Source: a bacterium
GTDB taxonomy: Bacteria; Krumholzibacteriota; Krumholzibacteriia; LZORAL124-64-63
Length of the DNA stretch: 58,719 nt
Assembly (NCBI GenBank): GCA_014730255.1
Contig: WJIQ01000236.1
Span: 1 to 58,719 of the forward strand
Reading direction: 5' to 3'
Positions 34,530-43,963 of this stretch are shown one piece after another. The stretch's first letter is position 1, and every line of letters starts with the position of its first letter. Below the pieces are notes generated by a model. That model saw nothing but the letters and a program-made list of their open reading frames with translations. It was not told where the DNA came from and did no database searches. Made by a program: the position numbers and the translations under genes.

Positions 34530-37500
34530 CTACTTCACGAGCGTCATCTTGAAGGTCTCCGTGGCGCTCGCCTGGCGCGCCCGGACGAAGTAGACCCCGC
34601 TCGCCTGCGTCCGGCCGCGGTCGTCGCGACCATCCCAGGTGAACTCGTGCCAGCCGGGCTGCGCCGCCCCCGTGTGCAGGCGACGGACCTGTCGGCCGCG
34701 CACGTCGTAGACCGCGAGATCGAGGCGCGTGTCCGAGCCCGGCGCGACGTACAGACGCACCGTGGTCACCGGGTTGAACGGGTTCGGACGCGGCGGCAGC
34801 ACGGTGAAGCTGCGCGGCAGCTCGTCCTCGACCGAGACCACGGAGAACTGGTTGGCCAGGCCGGTCCGGCCCGGACGCGCCTGGAACATCGGCCAGGGCA
34901 CGAGCGACGCATCGTACGGCGCCGGCAGATCCCACGCGTGCAGCTCGAGATCCCAGCTGCCGTAGATCAGATCCACGTCGCCGTCGCCCTCGATGTCGGC
35001 GATGACCGGCGTGGACCGGCAGTGGCCAGGCAACGAGATGGGGAAGCCGGCCAGGACCTCGCCCTGGGAGTCATAGGCCGCGATCAGGTCGGGCGTCTCG
35101 GTCTCGTCGCTGCCGATGGGCTGGACGATGTCCGACAGGCCGTCGCCGTCGAGGTCGCCGACGACCGGGCTGCCCTCGCTGTTGGCCGGCAGCTGCACCG
35201 GCCAGCCGGGAAGGATGTCCCCCGAGGTGCCGCCGGCGACGTCGGTGTCGACCACCAGGAGGTCGAGCCGGTACGACCCGCCGTTGACCGGCCAGACGAT
35301 CTCGTAGTCCGGATCGTCGTCGAAGTTGCCCACCGCGGGGCTCGGGCCGGGGCTGTCGTCGAACGGCGCCTCGTGGTTGATCGGGAAACCGGGGTAGAGA
35401 TCCCCGTCCGCCTCGACGACGTAGAGGTCGCGGTTGGTCGTGAAGAAGACGACCTCGCTCGTTCCGTCCCGGTTCAGGTCGGCGACCGCGGGGCTGCAGA
35501 GGATGAAGTGGCCGTCGGTCACGAACGGGAAGCCGGTGGCCTGCCGCCCGTCGTACCGGTAGGCCAGCAGCGCGTTGTCGCCCTCGTAGTTGACCGTGCC
35601 GTAGATGATCTCCGCGGCGCCGTCGCCATCCAGGTCGTAGAGCGCGGCCGACGAGAGCGGCCAGCTGTCGGGGCGATCGACGAAGACGCCGTCGGTGGAC
35701 GGATCGTCGTCGCCGTCGCGCAGCTCGGTCCCGTCGTGATGCCAGACGAACAGGCGGCCCGCCGTGTCCAGCACGATGATCTCGGGATCCTGGTCGCCGT
35801 CGATGTCGCCCACGGTCGGCGTAGCCCAGTTCCAGGCGTCCTGCAGCGTGCGCGGCCACCCGGGCAGCTCGGTGCCGTCGGCCCGGTAGATCACGATCTC
35901 GGGTTCGTCGGCCCGGTTCGAGGCGACGATCTCCAGGCCCGGTTCGCCGTCGAGGTCGGCAAGGGCCACCCCCGAGGGTCCGAACAGACCGCCCACCCCG
36001 GTCAACGGGCCGGTGGTCTGCGCGTTGTTGTCGCCGTCGATCACCTCGCTGCCGTCATGGTTCCAGACGTAGATCTCGTCGGCGGCGAGCACGATCTCCA
36101 GGTCCTCGTCCCCGTCGACGTCACCGACGGCGCTGTGGCCGCTGGTCTGCACGGCGAAGGGCAACGGGAAGTTCTGGATCTCCGACGGCATGGTCGTCTG
36201 GACGGCGACCTCGGAGAACTCCGACTCGATCAGATGCTCGTCGACCGCGGTGATGCGGTACCAGTAGTAGGTCAGCTGCTCGAGGCCCGCGTCCTCGAAG
36301 TACGCGACGCCGGCGATCAGATCGTCGTTGGCCTTGACCCACGGACCATCCGCCGAGGATGCCCGGTAGACGTTGTAGCCGATGATGTCCTCGCCGACCG
36401 CGTTCCAGCGCAGGGCGATGGCATCGGCCGCGATGGTGGCATCGGTCTCCGGCAGATCCGGCGGCGTGACCGTGCGGAACTGCGCGGTCTGGCTGAACGT
36501 GCGGCCGAAGTTGTCCTGGAAGAACAGCTCGAACGGGCTGGCCATGTCGATGTCGTCGATGGTGACGGAGATCTCGCCGTTGTAATCGGTGGACTCGGAC
36601 AGCGGGGCGATGTCGGTGATCAGCACGAAGCTCCCGTGCACCGTCACGCCAGCGGCCGCGTCGACCACCTGCACGGCCAGCTGGTCGAGCCAGCCCGCCC
36701 CGTAGTTCTTCAGCACGGGTCGGACCACGAAGCGCTCGCCGTCCTCGAGCTCGCCGTCGCCGTCGCCATACGGCGCGTCGTCGAGCTCGAGCCGGACCAC
36801 CTGGACCTCCGGGCGCATGACCTCCAGCTCGGTCTCGCTGACCCAGGTCTGACCGCCGTCGTCGGTGACCTCGATGCGCAGCGGCAACGCCGCGCCATCA
36901 CGGACGGTCGTGGCGGACTTGACGCCCACCGGACCCAGCGTGGTGACCGACCCGCCGGGCGGGCAATCCTCCAGCCCCACCGACGCGGTCAGGATGGTCA
37001 GGTCCGGATGCGTCGTGGAGAGGCTGGCGGTCAGGCCGGTGGCGCCGGCCCCGCCGACGTCCGTGAACGTGAGTCCGAGATTGATGGTCTCGCCCGCCTC
37101 GAAGAGCCCGTTGCCGTTGGCGCCGGAATCGTCGAACGTCCGCTCGGCGAGCGCGATGTAGGTCTCGGTGCCGACGACCTCGATGGCCGAGGTCGTGTGC
37201 GCGAGGCCCGCCCCGGAGACCGTCATGGCCAGCTCGCCTGCCGTGGTCGGGATGACCGTCAGGGAGACCTGGCCGGCCTCGTCGCTGACGCCTCGGGAGT
37301 AGACCTCGCCGTCCTTGACGAGGCAGACATCGGCCCCGACGACCGGGCCGCCGGCGGCGGTCACGGTCAGGTCGACGACCTGCTCGCCGGTCGGGATGCT
37401 CGCCGGCGCGGTGACCACCGGCTGCAACGGCTGGCCCGACCACATCGTGATGGCCGGATCACCGAGCGAGACGAGGTTCAGCTGGGTCCAGCGGTCGACC

Positions 37501-39296
37501 GTGTTGCGCTCGGTGTTGGCGATGTAATCGATCCGCGCCCGGTTCAGCGCGACCGCCGGGCGCGGGTCGTCCTCGCACAGCATGTACTGGTAGGCGATCT
37601 CCTGGTATCCGAACGAGTTCGACGGGAACGCCTCGCGCGCCGCCCCGATGGACATGATCGCGCCGCCGTCCGGGTTCTGGACGAACCGCTCGAGCAGACA
37701 CGAGACGTCGAAGGCCCCGGAGGCGCAGTTGATGGCGTACAGCACGAACAGGTTGGGGTTGGTCAGCGCGGCGGCGTCGGACACGGTGAAGTTGCCGTCG
37801 GCGACGGACATGTTGAAGAAATGCCCGTGGCCGAACTGATTGACCTGGCCGTAGTGGCCGGTGTTCAGCGAATCGATGAGCGCCTCGCGGGTCAGGGGCG
37901 CGTCGCGCGGCCAGAGCGCGTCGGTCTCGGCCATGCGCATGTACTCCATCGAGGTGCACGACCCGATGGTCTCGACCAGCCGATCGGTGTACTCCGCCCC
38001 GTCGAGCGTGATCAGATCGCCCGGGTCATAGTCGGCCGGGAAGAGGACCTCGGCCGCGAAGAGGATGCGGTTGGCCCAGCCGGCGCCGACCTCGGCGGTC
38101 TCGTACTGGATCACCTTGTCCACGAACTCGCTCACTCCGCCCGGCGTCCGGACCGGAGCGCGACCGAACGCCATCTCCGGCGCCATGTCGGCCGCATCAC
38201 CCGGGTTGGCGAGGTTGACGTACGGCTCGCCGTACCAGCCGTCTCCGTCGGCCGACCAGTTGCCGTCGAGCGCGGCGTAGTAGAGGTCGGTCGGGATGTC
38301 GGTGTGGCCGCCGTAAGGATAGAACGTGCTGCGGATCACGCGCGTCGGCACGACCTCGGTGTCGCCGCCGATGAGCAGGAACTCGGTCCCCCACTTCGAG
38401 TAGGCGTCGATCAGGAACGTGCGGATCGTCTCCTGGAGATCGGCTCCCTGGCGATAGTTGGCCGAGATCCACTCCGTGGTGACCACGTGGGCCGGCAGGC
38501 CCTGGTCGGTCCGGAAATCGGCGAGGCGCTGGAACTCGCCCGCGAGCGCATCGGTCGTCACGATCAGGTAGCGCACCTCCGAGCCCGAGACGTCCGGCAG
38601 CGGCGCGGGCAGGAACGGACCGCCCGCCTTCTCGAGCCGGACGCCGTCCTCGCGCTGGTAGCCCACGACGGCGGTCGGGTTGTCGACCAGACCCCGCAGC
38701 GCTCGCTCGAGCCGGGCCCGCTCACCGGGCACCAGACGCTCGCGCGCCGTCGGCAGCGGCGGGCGGCGGGTCTCGTCGATCACTGCATGGACGGTGAATT
38801 CCTCGAGGATCTCGATGGTCGGCTCGGCCTCGTCGACCATCGCCCGGAACGGATGCAGGTTCACCGCCAGCAGGCGGTAGCCGCGCCAAGTGTGCAGGCC
38901 GCCGAACGTGCCCCAGGTCGCGGGGAAACGCCCGTCGGCGGTCGCGAGATGGTGCCGAGGCAGCTCGGTCTCGTCGCTCGAGACCAGGGCGCCGGCCAGG
39001 CTCAGTGGACCCGGAGCGACCTCCCGGCGCACCCGGTGCGGTTCGATCCGCACGTCGACGACGGCCAGATCGTCCGGCACGAGCAGCAGCAGGTCGACCG
39101 CGGGCAGGTCCGGCCGATCGGTGACGCCGAGCGGCCGCCCGTCACGATGTTCCAGGAGGAACCCGCCACGACCGTCCGGCGACCAGCCGTAGTCGTCCAG
39201 ATCGACTCGCCCCTCGTACACGGGGGTGGCGAGCGAGCCGGAGACGAGGATCAGTGCGAGGGACAGAAACGCAACCGGGAGCATGCGGGGGATCAT
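34530..39296 (-). CDS. secreted multidomain gingipain-like cysteine peptidase (C25) with FN3, FG-GAP propeller and T9SS-type C-terminal domain (1588 aa)
   Basis: ORF 34530..39368 with the start moved to ATG 39294-39296 (AGGAGGA RBS). Signal peptide MLPVAFLSLALILVSGSLA. A C25-like catalytic pair sits in NQFGHGHFFN (His codon 37827-37829) and LYAINCASGAFD (Cys codon 37725-37727). FN3-like segment ALRWNAV...YNVYRAS...YYWYRITAVD. Eight FG-GAP-like repeats. The C-terminus FNPVTTVRLYV...LAVYDVRGRQVRRL...GVYFVRARQASATETFKMTLVK resembles a Por/T9SS sorting or FlgD-Ig-like domain. Confidence 0.8.
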   Translation of the reverse strand: MIPRMLPVAFLSLALILVSGSLATPVYEGRVDLDDYGWSPDGRGGFLLEHRDGRPLGVTDRPDLPAVDLLLLVPDDLAVVDVRIEPHRVRREVAPGPLSLAGALVSSDETELPRHHLATADGRFPATWGTFGGLHTWRGYRLLAVNLHPFRAMVDEAEPTIEILEEFTVHAVIDETRRPPLPTARERLVPGERARLERALRGLVDNPTAVVGYQREDGVRLEKAGGPFLPAPLPDVSGSEVRYLIVTTDALAGEFQRLADFRTDQGLPAHVVTTEWISANYRQGADLQETIRTFLIDAYSKWGTEFLLIGGDTEVVPTRVIRSTFYPYGGHTDIPTDLYYAALDGNWSADGDGWYGEPYVNLANPGDAADMAPEMAFGRAPVRTPGGVSEFVDKVIQYETAEVGAGWANRILFAAEVLFPADYDPGDLITLDGAEYTDRLVETIGSCTSMEYMRMAETDALWPRDAPLTREALIDSLNTGHYGQVNQFGHGHFFNMSVADGNFTVSDAAALTNPNLFVLYAINCASGAFDVSCLLERFVQNPDGGAIMSIGAAREAFPSNSFGYQEIAYQYMLCEDDPRPAVALNRARIDYIANTERNTVDRWTQLNLVSLGDPAITMWSGQPLQPVVTAPASIPTGEQVVDLTVTAAGGPVVGADVCLVKDGEVYSRGVSDEAGQVSLTVIPTTAGELAMTVSGAGLAHTTSAIEVVGTETYIALAERTFDDSGANGNGLFEAGETINLGLTFTDVGGAGATGLTASLSTTHPDLTILTASVGLEDCPPGGSVTTLGPVGVKSATTVRDGAALPLRIEVTDDGGQTWVSETELEVMRPEVQVVRLELDDAPYGDGDGELEDGERFVVRPVLKNYGAGWLDQLAVQVVDAAAGVTVHGSFVLITDIAPLSESTDYNGEISVTIDDIDMASPFELFFQDNFGRTFSQTAQFRTVTPPDLPETDATIAADAIALRWNAVGEDIIGYNVYRASSADGPWVKANDDLIAGVAYFEDAGLEQLTYYWYRITAVDEHLIESEFSEVAVQTTMPSEIQNFPLPFAVQTSGHSAVGDVDGDEDLEIVLAADEIYVWNHDGSEVIDGDNNAQTTGPLTGVGGLFGPSGVALADLDGEPGLEIVASNRADEPEIVIYRADGTELPGWPRTLQDAWNWATPTVGDIDGDQDPEIIVLDTAGRLFVWHHDGTELRDGDDDPSTDGVFVDRPDSWPLSSAALYDLDGDGAAEIIYGTVNYEGDNALLAYRYDGRQATGFPFVTDGHFILCSPAVADLNRDGTSEVVFFTTNRDLYVVEADGDLYPGFPINHEAPFDDSPGPSPAVGNFDDDPDYEIVWPVNGGSYRLDLLVVDTDVAGGTSGDILPGWPVQLPANSEGSPVVGDLDGDGLSDIVQPIGSDETETPDLIAAYDSQGEVLAGFPISLPGHCRSTPVIADIEGDGDVDLIYGSWDLELHAWDLPAPYDASLVPWPMFQARPGRTGLANQFSVVSVEDELPRSFTVLPPRPNPFNPVTTVRLYVAPGSDTRLDLAVYDVRGRQVRRLHTGAAQPGWHEFTWDGRDDRGRTQASGVYFVRARQASATETFKMTLVK
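34962..36128 (-). repeat. eight FG-GAP/VCBS-like repeats inside the protease gene (protein-level repeat)
   Basis: Repeat cores are VGDVDGDEDLEIV, LADLDGEPGLEIV, VGDIDGDQDPEIIV, LYDLDGDGAAEIIY, VADLNRDGTSEVVF, VGNFDDDPDYEIVW, VGDLDGDGLSDIV and IADIEGDGDVDLIY, spaced about 45-60 aa apart. Confidence 0.75.
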
Positions 39297-39410
39297 GCAG
39301 GTCCTCCTGTATAGGCGCAGGCGCGTTCTCGGGGCGAACATTCGAGGCCGGCCGCGTTCCCGCGACACGGGGCGCCGACCCTCGTGATGGCTCCACTCCA
39401 GAAGATAATG

Positions 39411-39439
39411 ATTGTACCACTAATCGATTGAATCGTCAA
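39411..39439 (-). promoter_or_regulatory. near-consensus sigma70-type promoter upstream of the C25 protease gene
   Basis: Minus strand reads TTGACG-17 nt-TACAAT in a locally AT-richer patch. This implies a leader of about 105-110 nt. Confidence 0.5.
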
Positions 39440-39462
39440 TTCAGGTCGCGTTCGATGCGTGT

Positions 39463-40788
39463 TCAGATCGGACCGCGGACGATGCGGGTCTCGCCCGGCG
39501 CGAGGCTGAACACGAGCGGCCCGGCACGTTCCGGCTCCTGGCCGCGCAGGCGGGCGGTGACCGCCCGCGCCGCGGCGGGCAGGACCACGAGGCGACGGCT
39601 GTGCGTGTAGTTCCGCAGCACGATGCGCGTGCCGCGCGCCGCCCAGCTCGTGCCTCGCCGCTGCAGACCGGCCACCTCCCCATCGACCAGGAAGATCGCC
39701 CCGTCACGGTCGAGGCCGGCCAGCAGCCGATCCAGCTCTCGCCGGCCGAGGTCCGGAACCCGCTGGTCGAGATGCGAGAAGTTGATCCGGTGAGCCTCGA
39801 GCACGGCGGGCTCGCCGCGCGCCCAGGCCTCACGTACGGCGGCGGCCGCGGCGGTGGTGATGCCGCGCGAGTCGATCTGCTGGACCGGTTCGAAGATGCA
39901 GTTCCGGTCGAGGTAGACGCGGTCGCGTCGCCACCAGCGGGTCAGAGTGCGATGGAAGACCTTGCGCACGCGCCCCTCGAGGCCCCGCCAGGAGGCCATG
40001 CGCTGCTGGCGCTGCCCCTGGATCACGCGGAGGTCATGCGCGAGCCACATGGCCTCGTCGGCGTCGTTCCAGACGTAGTCCGGGGCGATGACCGACCGCG
40101 GCTCGCGACCGAACAGGTCGGCGAAGATCCGCAGGTTGCCCGCGAGCTCGGCGCGCAGTTCCTCGCGCGCCCGCCAAGGCCCCAGCTCCCAGGAACGCTC
40201 GCTGTCGGGAAAGACGAGGATCTGACGGGACGCGGCGGCCTCGACCGCGTCGCGACCGGCCGTGTTGGCCTTGCGGCGCCCGGGGTCGTAGTGCCAGCGC
40301 CCGTGCAGTTCCGGGTGCCAGACGCCGGCCAGACGGGCGTCCCGGACCGCCTTCCAGAGCCCCGGACGCTCGTATCCCGCGGGCACGTCGGGCAACCGGT
40401 GCTCGATCCACGTGGCCATGGAGTCCGGTCCCGACGCATACTCCAGCGAACCGAGGATGTAGTTCGGTTGCAGCACCGCCGGCAACCCGTCGCGGCCATG
40501 ATGAGTGGCGAGGATCCCGGCGAGCGACGCCACGGCGGCACTGTCCTCGAGCGTCGAGTGCCAGTAGACCTCCGGGAACGGACCGGGCGCGAGGGCCTCG
40601 CGATCGAGCGCCACGATCGCGCTGCTGTCCGGCAGGAATCCGCAGAGCCCCCAGTCGTCGCTCTGGATGCATACGGCCCGGGCCCGCTCCCATTCCACCA
40701 GGGCGGGGCTGCGCCCCCAGACCATGCCCACGGCCAGCCCGAATCCGACGACCGCGATCGCGACCAGGCCCTCCAACCATCGTTTCAT
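39463..40788 (-). CDS. hypothetical membrane-anchored protein (441 aa); possibly a carbohydrate-modifying enzyme
   Basis: ORF 39463..40818 with the start moved to ATG 40786-40788 (ATGA overlap). N-terminal TM LVAIAVVGFGLAVGMVW. No motif recognised with confidence. The functional hint rests on operon context only. Confidence 0.5.
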   Translation of the reverse strand: MKRWLEGLVAIAVVGFGLAVGMVWGRSPALVEWERARAVCIQSDDWGLCGFLPDSSAIVALDREALAPGPFPEVYWHSTLEDSAAVASLAGILATHHGRDGLPAVLQPNYILGSLEYASGPDSMATWIEHRLPDVPAGYERPGLWKAVRDARLAGVWHPELHGRWHYDPGRRKANTAGRDAVEAAASRQILVFPDSERSWELGPWRAREELRAELAGNLRIFADLFGREPRSVIAPDYVWNDADEAMWLAHDLRVIQGQRQQRMASWRGLEGRVRKVFHRTLTRWWRRDRVYLDRNCIFEPVQQIDSRGITTAAAAAVREAWARGEPAVLEAHRINFSHLDQRVPDLGRRELDRLLAGLDRDGAIFLVDGEVAGLQRRGTSWAARGTRIVLRNYTHSRRLVVLPAAARAVTARLRGQEPERAGPLVFSLAPGETRIVRGPI

Positions 40789-41444
40789 GCCTCGTCCTCC
40801 GCCTGCCACCGGGCCCACCAGTACCGTCCATACGATAGTCCCGAACGCCGGATCGAGGCCAGCAATCCGGCCACCTCGCCGCCGGGCTCCGGATCGCCCG
40901 AGGCCAGGAGCTCCACGACCGCATCGCGATCGGCGGGCCAGCGGTTCTCGCTCGCGCCCTGCTCCCAGCGTCCGGGCCAGTCCCAGCGCCGTCGTGCGGC
41001 CTCGAATCGCTCCGCCGCGAGGAGGGCGCCGCGCGACCCCGGCTGCAGTCGCGCGAGCAACCGCTGGTAATCACGATAGTTGCGCGCCGCCGGCGGCGCC
41101 TCTGCGGGCTCGTCCTCGAGGACCCAGATCACCCCGCCGGGGGCGAGGAGGGATCGCCAGGCGACCGGGCCGGTCGCGGCCACGTCCTCCCAGACCTGCC
41201 TCAGGAGATTCGCCGCGACCACCACGCCGAACGTCGGGCCGAAGGGCGGCGCGAGCGCATCGGCGACCACGTCCGGACGCACGCCGAGCCGCGGCCCCCG
41301 CCGGTCGAGCGTCCACGCCTCCACGCCATGCCCGGCGAGCACCCGGGCGAACGCACCCTCGCCCGCCCCGAGCTCGAGCACCCCCGTCGGGCCGCGGGTC
41401 GCGAGGTCGTCACTGAAGGTCGCGGGGAGAGGGCAGAACGGCAT
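40785..41444 (-). CDS. class I SAM-dependent methyltransferase-like protein
   Basis: VLELGAGEGAFARVLA is a glycine-rich SAM motif I, and the later VVAANLL and PGGVIWVLE are consistent with it. The start is uncertain: ATG 41444 with GGAGGA, or GTG 41468. Both overlap the low-complexity tail of the upstream gene. Confidence 0.55.
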   Translation of the reverse strand: MPFCPLPATFSDDLATRGPTGVLELGAGEGAFARVLAGHGVEAWTLDRRGPRLGVRPDVVADALAPPFGPTFGVVVAANLLRQVWEDVAATGPVAWRSLLAPGGVIWVLEDEPAEAPPAARNYRDYQRLLARLQPGSRGALLAAERFEAARRRWDWPGRWEQGASENRWPADRDAVVELLASGDPEPGGEVAGLLASIRRSGLSYGRYWWARWQAEDEA

Positions 41445-42720
41445 CGTCCTCCGCAGCGTGGCCGTCACCGCGGTCGGCGGTCCGACGGTCGCCGACCGGC
41501 CGCTTCGGCGGCTCGGGGTCGACGACGTTCAGCTCCGCGCCCGCCGCCTTCTTGACCGGCGGCCCGGGCTGCCGCGCGGCCTGCAGGTCGATGATCTCCG
41601 CCACGCGCCGACCCACCAGGTCGGACTGGATGTAGACCCCGTCATCGAATCCGAGCACGTACGAGAGCTCGGTGAACAGATCCCAACCGCTCCCGCGGTT
41701 CTTCAGGTGCTGCAGGGCCCCGAGCTGCGCGGCGGCCATCCACGCCGCCATGGCCGGCAGCCCCAGCCACGCCAGGCCCAGGAAATCGCTCAGCGCGAAG
41801 AGGCTGGACCCCGCCGTCACCAGCAGGAGCGTGGCGACCGCGCGCGCCGGGCTGAACCCCAGGCGCACCAGGCGGTGATGCAGGTGATTGTCGTCGGCGG
41901 TGAACAGGGACGTGCGATGGCGATAGCGGCGCAGGATGGTGGTCGCCGTGTCCCAGATCGGCACGATCATCGGGGCCAGCAGGACCAGCAGCGAGACCGA
42001 CGCGCCCTGGGCGAGGTCGAGCATGAGCGTGCCCAGCACCAGCCCCATCCACATGCTGCCGGAGTCGCCGAGGAAGATCTTGCGGCTGCTGACGTTCCAG
42101 GACAGGAAGGCCAGCGAGGCGCCGGCCAGGGTCGTCGCCAGCAGCGCCGAGGTGGCCGCGCCGACGGCCAGGGCGACGGCGGCGAGGAGCACCGCGGCCA
42201 GGATGCTGATCCCGCTGGCCAGGCCGTCGAGGCCGTCGATGAGGTTCATCGAGTTGATGAAGCCCAGGTACCAGAGCATGGTGAACGGCCAGGCCCAGCC
42301 CCCGAGTCCGATGGTCCCGATCACCGGCAACGTGATGCTCTCGAAGCGCTGTCCGAGCAGCATCATCCCCAGGATGATCACGAGCTGCCCGTAGAGCTTC
42401 TTCTCGGCGTGGATCCCGAAGCGGTCGTCGCCGACGCCGAGCGCGAGGATCACCAGGCCCGCACTGATGATGATCGCCAGCCATGACCACGGTAGCGACC
42501 GGTCCAGGACGAAGTGGTCCAGGAAGTACAGGGCGCAGAAGAACGCGATGAAGATCGCCATCCCGCCCGTGCGCGGGACGGGCTCACGATGGGTGCGTCG
42601 TCCGCCGGGATGATCGACGATCTCGGTCAGGAAACCGAGGTTGCGGAAATGCGGCTGGACGAGCCAGGACATGACGAACGCCACGCCGAAGCTCACCAGA
42701 GGCACGATCCCTCGCTCCAC
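41410..42720 (-). CDS. MraY/WecA-family polyprenyl-phosphate N-acetylhexosamine-1-phosphate transferase
   Basis: Signatures are DHPGGRRTHREPVPRTGG, GVGDDRFG, NSMNLIDGLDGLASG and LGDSGSMWMG, with about 10 TM helices. GTG start with a GGAGGAG RBS. Low-complexity C-terminal tail. Confidence 0.85.
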   Translation of the reverse strand: MERGIVPLVSFGVAFVMSWLVQPHFRNLGFLTEIVDHPGGRRTHREPVPRTGGMAIFIAFFCALYFLDHFVLDRSLPWSWLAIIISAGLVILALGVGDDRFGIHAEKKLYGQLVIILGMMLLGQRFESITLPVIGTIGLGGWAWPFTMLWYLGFINSMNLIDGLDGLASGISILAAVLLAAVALAVGAATSALLATTLAGASLAFLSWNVSSRKIFLGDSGSMWMGLVLGTLMLDLAQGASVSLLVLLAPMIVPIWDTATTILRRYRHRTSLFTADDNHLHHRLVRLGFSPARAVATLLLVTAGSSLFALSDFLGLAWLGLPAMAAWMAAAQLGALQHLKNRGSGWDLFTELSYVLGFDDGVYIQSDLVGRRVAEIIDLQAARQPGPPVKKAAGAELNVVDPEPPKRPVGDRRTADRGDGHAAEDDAVLPSPRDLQ

Positions 42721-42811
42721 AGCTCCTCCGTCGGCTGATTCCGATCCTTCGGGTGCCCATCATGAGCCGCCCGAAGTTATCGCAAGCCCTGTGGCCGGGC
42801 AACCGGAATTC

Positions 42812-43963
42812 TCATCGGGTCCCGGCCGCCGGTGCATCCTCGAGCACCCGCCGGTAGACATTAACCGTGGAGTCTGCCGTGGCCTCCCAGGTCCAGTGTT
42901 CGCGTCGCTGTCGCCCGCGGGCGACGAGGTCCTCTCGAAGGGACGGATCGTCCGCCAGACGGTGCAGTCCCTGCACCATCTCGGCCTCCGAATCGGGATT
43001 CACGAGCAGCGCGGCATCGCCCGCGACCTCGGCCATGGCCCCCCGATCGCTCGTCATCACCGGCAGATCGGCTCTCATGGCCTCGAGGATCGGGAATCCG
43101 AACCCCTCGTGGATGCTGGGAAATAGCAAGGCGCGGGCCATTCCATACCGTCGCCAGAGTTCCTCGGGCCCGCAATAGTCGATGACCGTCACCCGACCCG
43201 AGGCGGTCAACGGCTCGAGCACCCCGCGGATCCCGCTGTCGCGCCAGCCACGGCCGCCGACCAGCACCAGGTCGGGCGAGGCGCGGCCCGCGGCGTCACG
43301 TTCGGCCAGGAAGCGCGCGTACGCCCGCAGCAGCCCCTCGAGGTTCTTGCGGGGCTCGAGGGTCCCGACGAACAGGAACGGCGCGTCGTCGGGCCGCGAC
43401 GTGGCGGCCACCGGTCGACCCTGGACCCAGCCCGGGCAACCGAACGGCGTCGCCTCGACCCGATCGGCGATGAGTGGGAAGGTCCGGCGCACGTCCGCGG
43501 CGGTCGCCTCGGAATTGCAGACGATCCGCCGCGCGCGCCGCAGGCTACGGGGAACGATGGCCCGGTAGTACATCCGCCGGGGCTGCTCCACCGTCCCGGG
43601 GAATCGGAGGTAACCCAGATCGTGCACGGTCACCACCAGCGGACAGGGAGCCCGCAAGGGGGCGACGAACTGCATGGTGTGCAGGAGATCGGCCCCGAGC
43701 TCCTCGAGTAGCGCCGGCAGGCGCCATTGCGTCCAGATCGCCTTGCGGAGGGTCCCTCCCACCGCTGCGGGGCACCGGACCAGCCGCCAGCCCGGCCGTC
43801 CGGCGAGGTCGTCCAGCATCTCCGGGTGCGTGCAGAGCACCGCCACGTCGAGACCGCGATCCGCCGACGCGAGCGCCCGCGTCCATTCGATGATCGCCCG
43901 GCCCACCCCGGTGGGTCGAGGCCGCAGCAGCAGCGCGTCGATGGCCACCAGCGGTCGCGTCAA
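42812..43963 (-). CDS. glycosyltransferase family 4 (GT-B, Glycos_transf_1)
   Basis: This is the 3' part of ORF 42812..45442. TTG at 43961-43963 overlaps the upstream stop (TTGA). Signature FPSIHEGFGFPILEAMRADLPVMTS (E-x7-E). Confidence 0.8.
   Translation of the reverse strand: MTRPLVAIDALLLRPRPTGVGRAIIEWTRALASADRGLDVAVLCTHPEMLDDLAGRPGWRLVRCPAAVGGTLRKAIWTQWRLPALLEELGADLLHTMQFVAPLRAPCPLVVTVHDLGYLRFPGTVEQPRRMYYRAIVPRSLRRARRIVCNSEATAADVRRTFPLIADRVEATPFGCPGWVQGRPVAATSRPDDAPFLFVGTLEPRKNLEGLLRAYARFLAERDAAGRASPDLVLVGGRGWRDSGIRGVLEPLTASGRVTVIDYCGPEELWRRYGMARALLFPSIHEGFGFPILEAMRADLPVMTSDRGAMAEVAGDAALLVNPDSEAEMVQGLHRLADDPSLREDLVARGRQRREHWTWEATADSTVNVYRRVLEDAPAAGTR

Noticed and set aside
34371-39314. 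1647-aa plus-strand ORF
   Set aside because: It is exactly antisense to the C25 protease gene, whose domain structure is coherent. The plus-strand product is repetitive Arg/Gly/Asp/Val-rich with no motifs.
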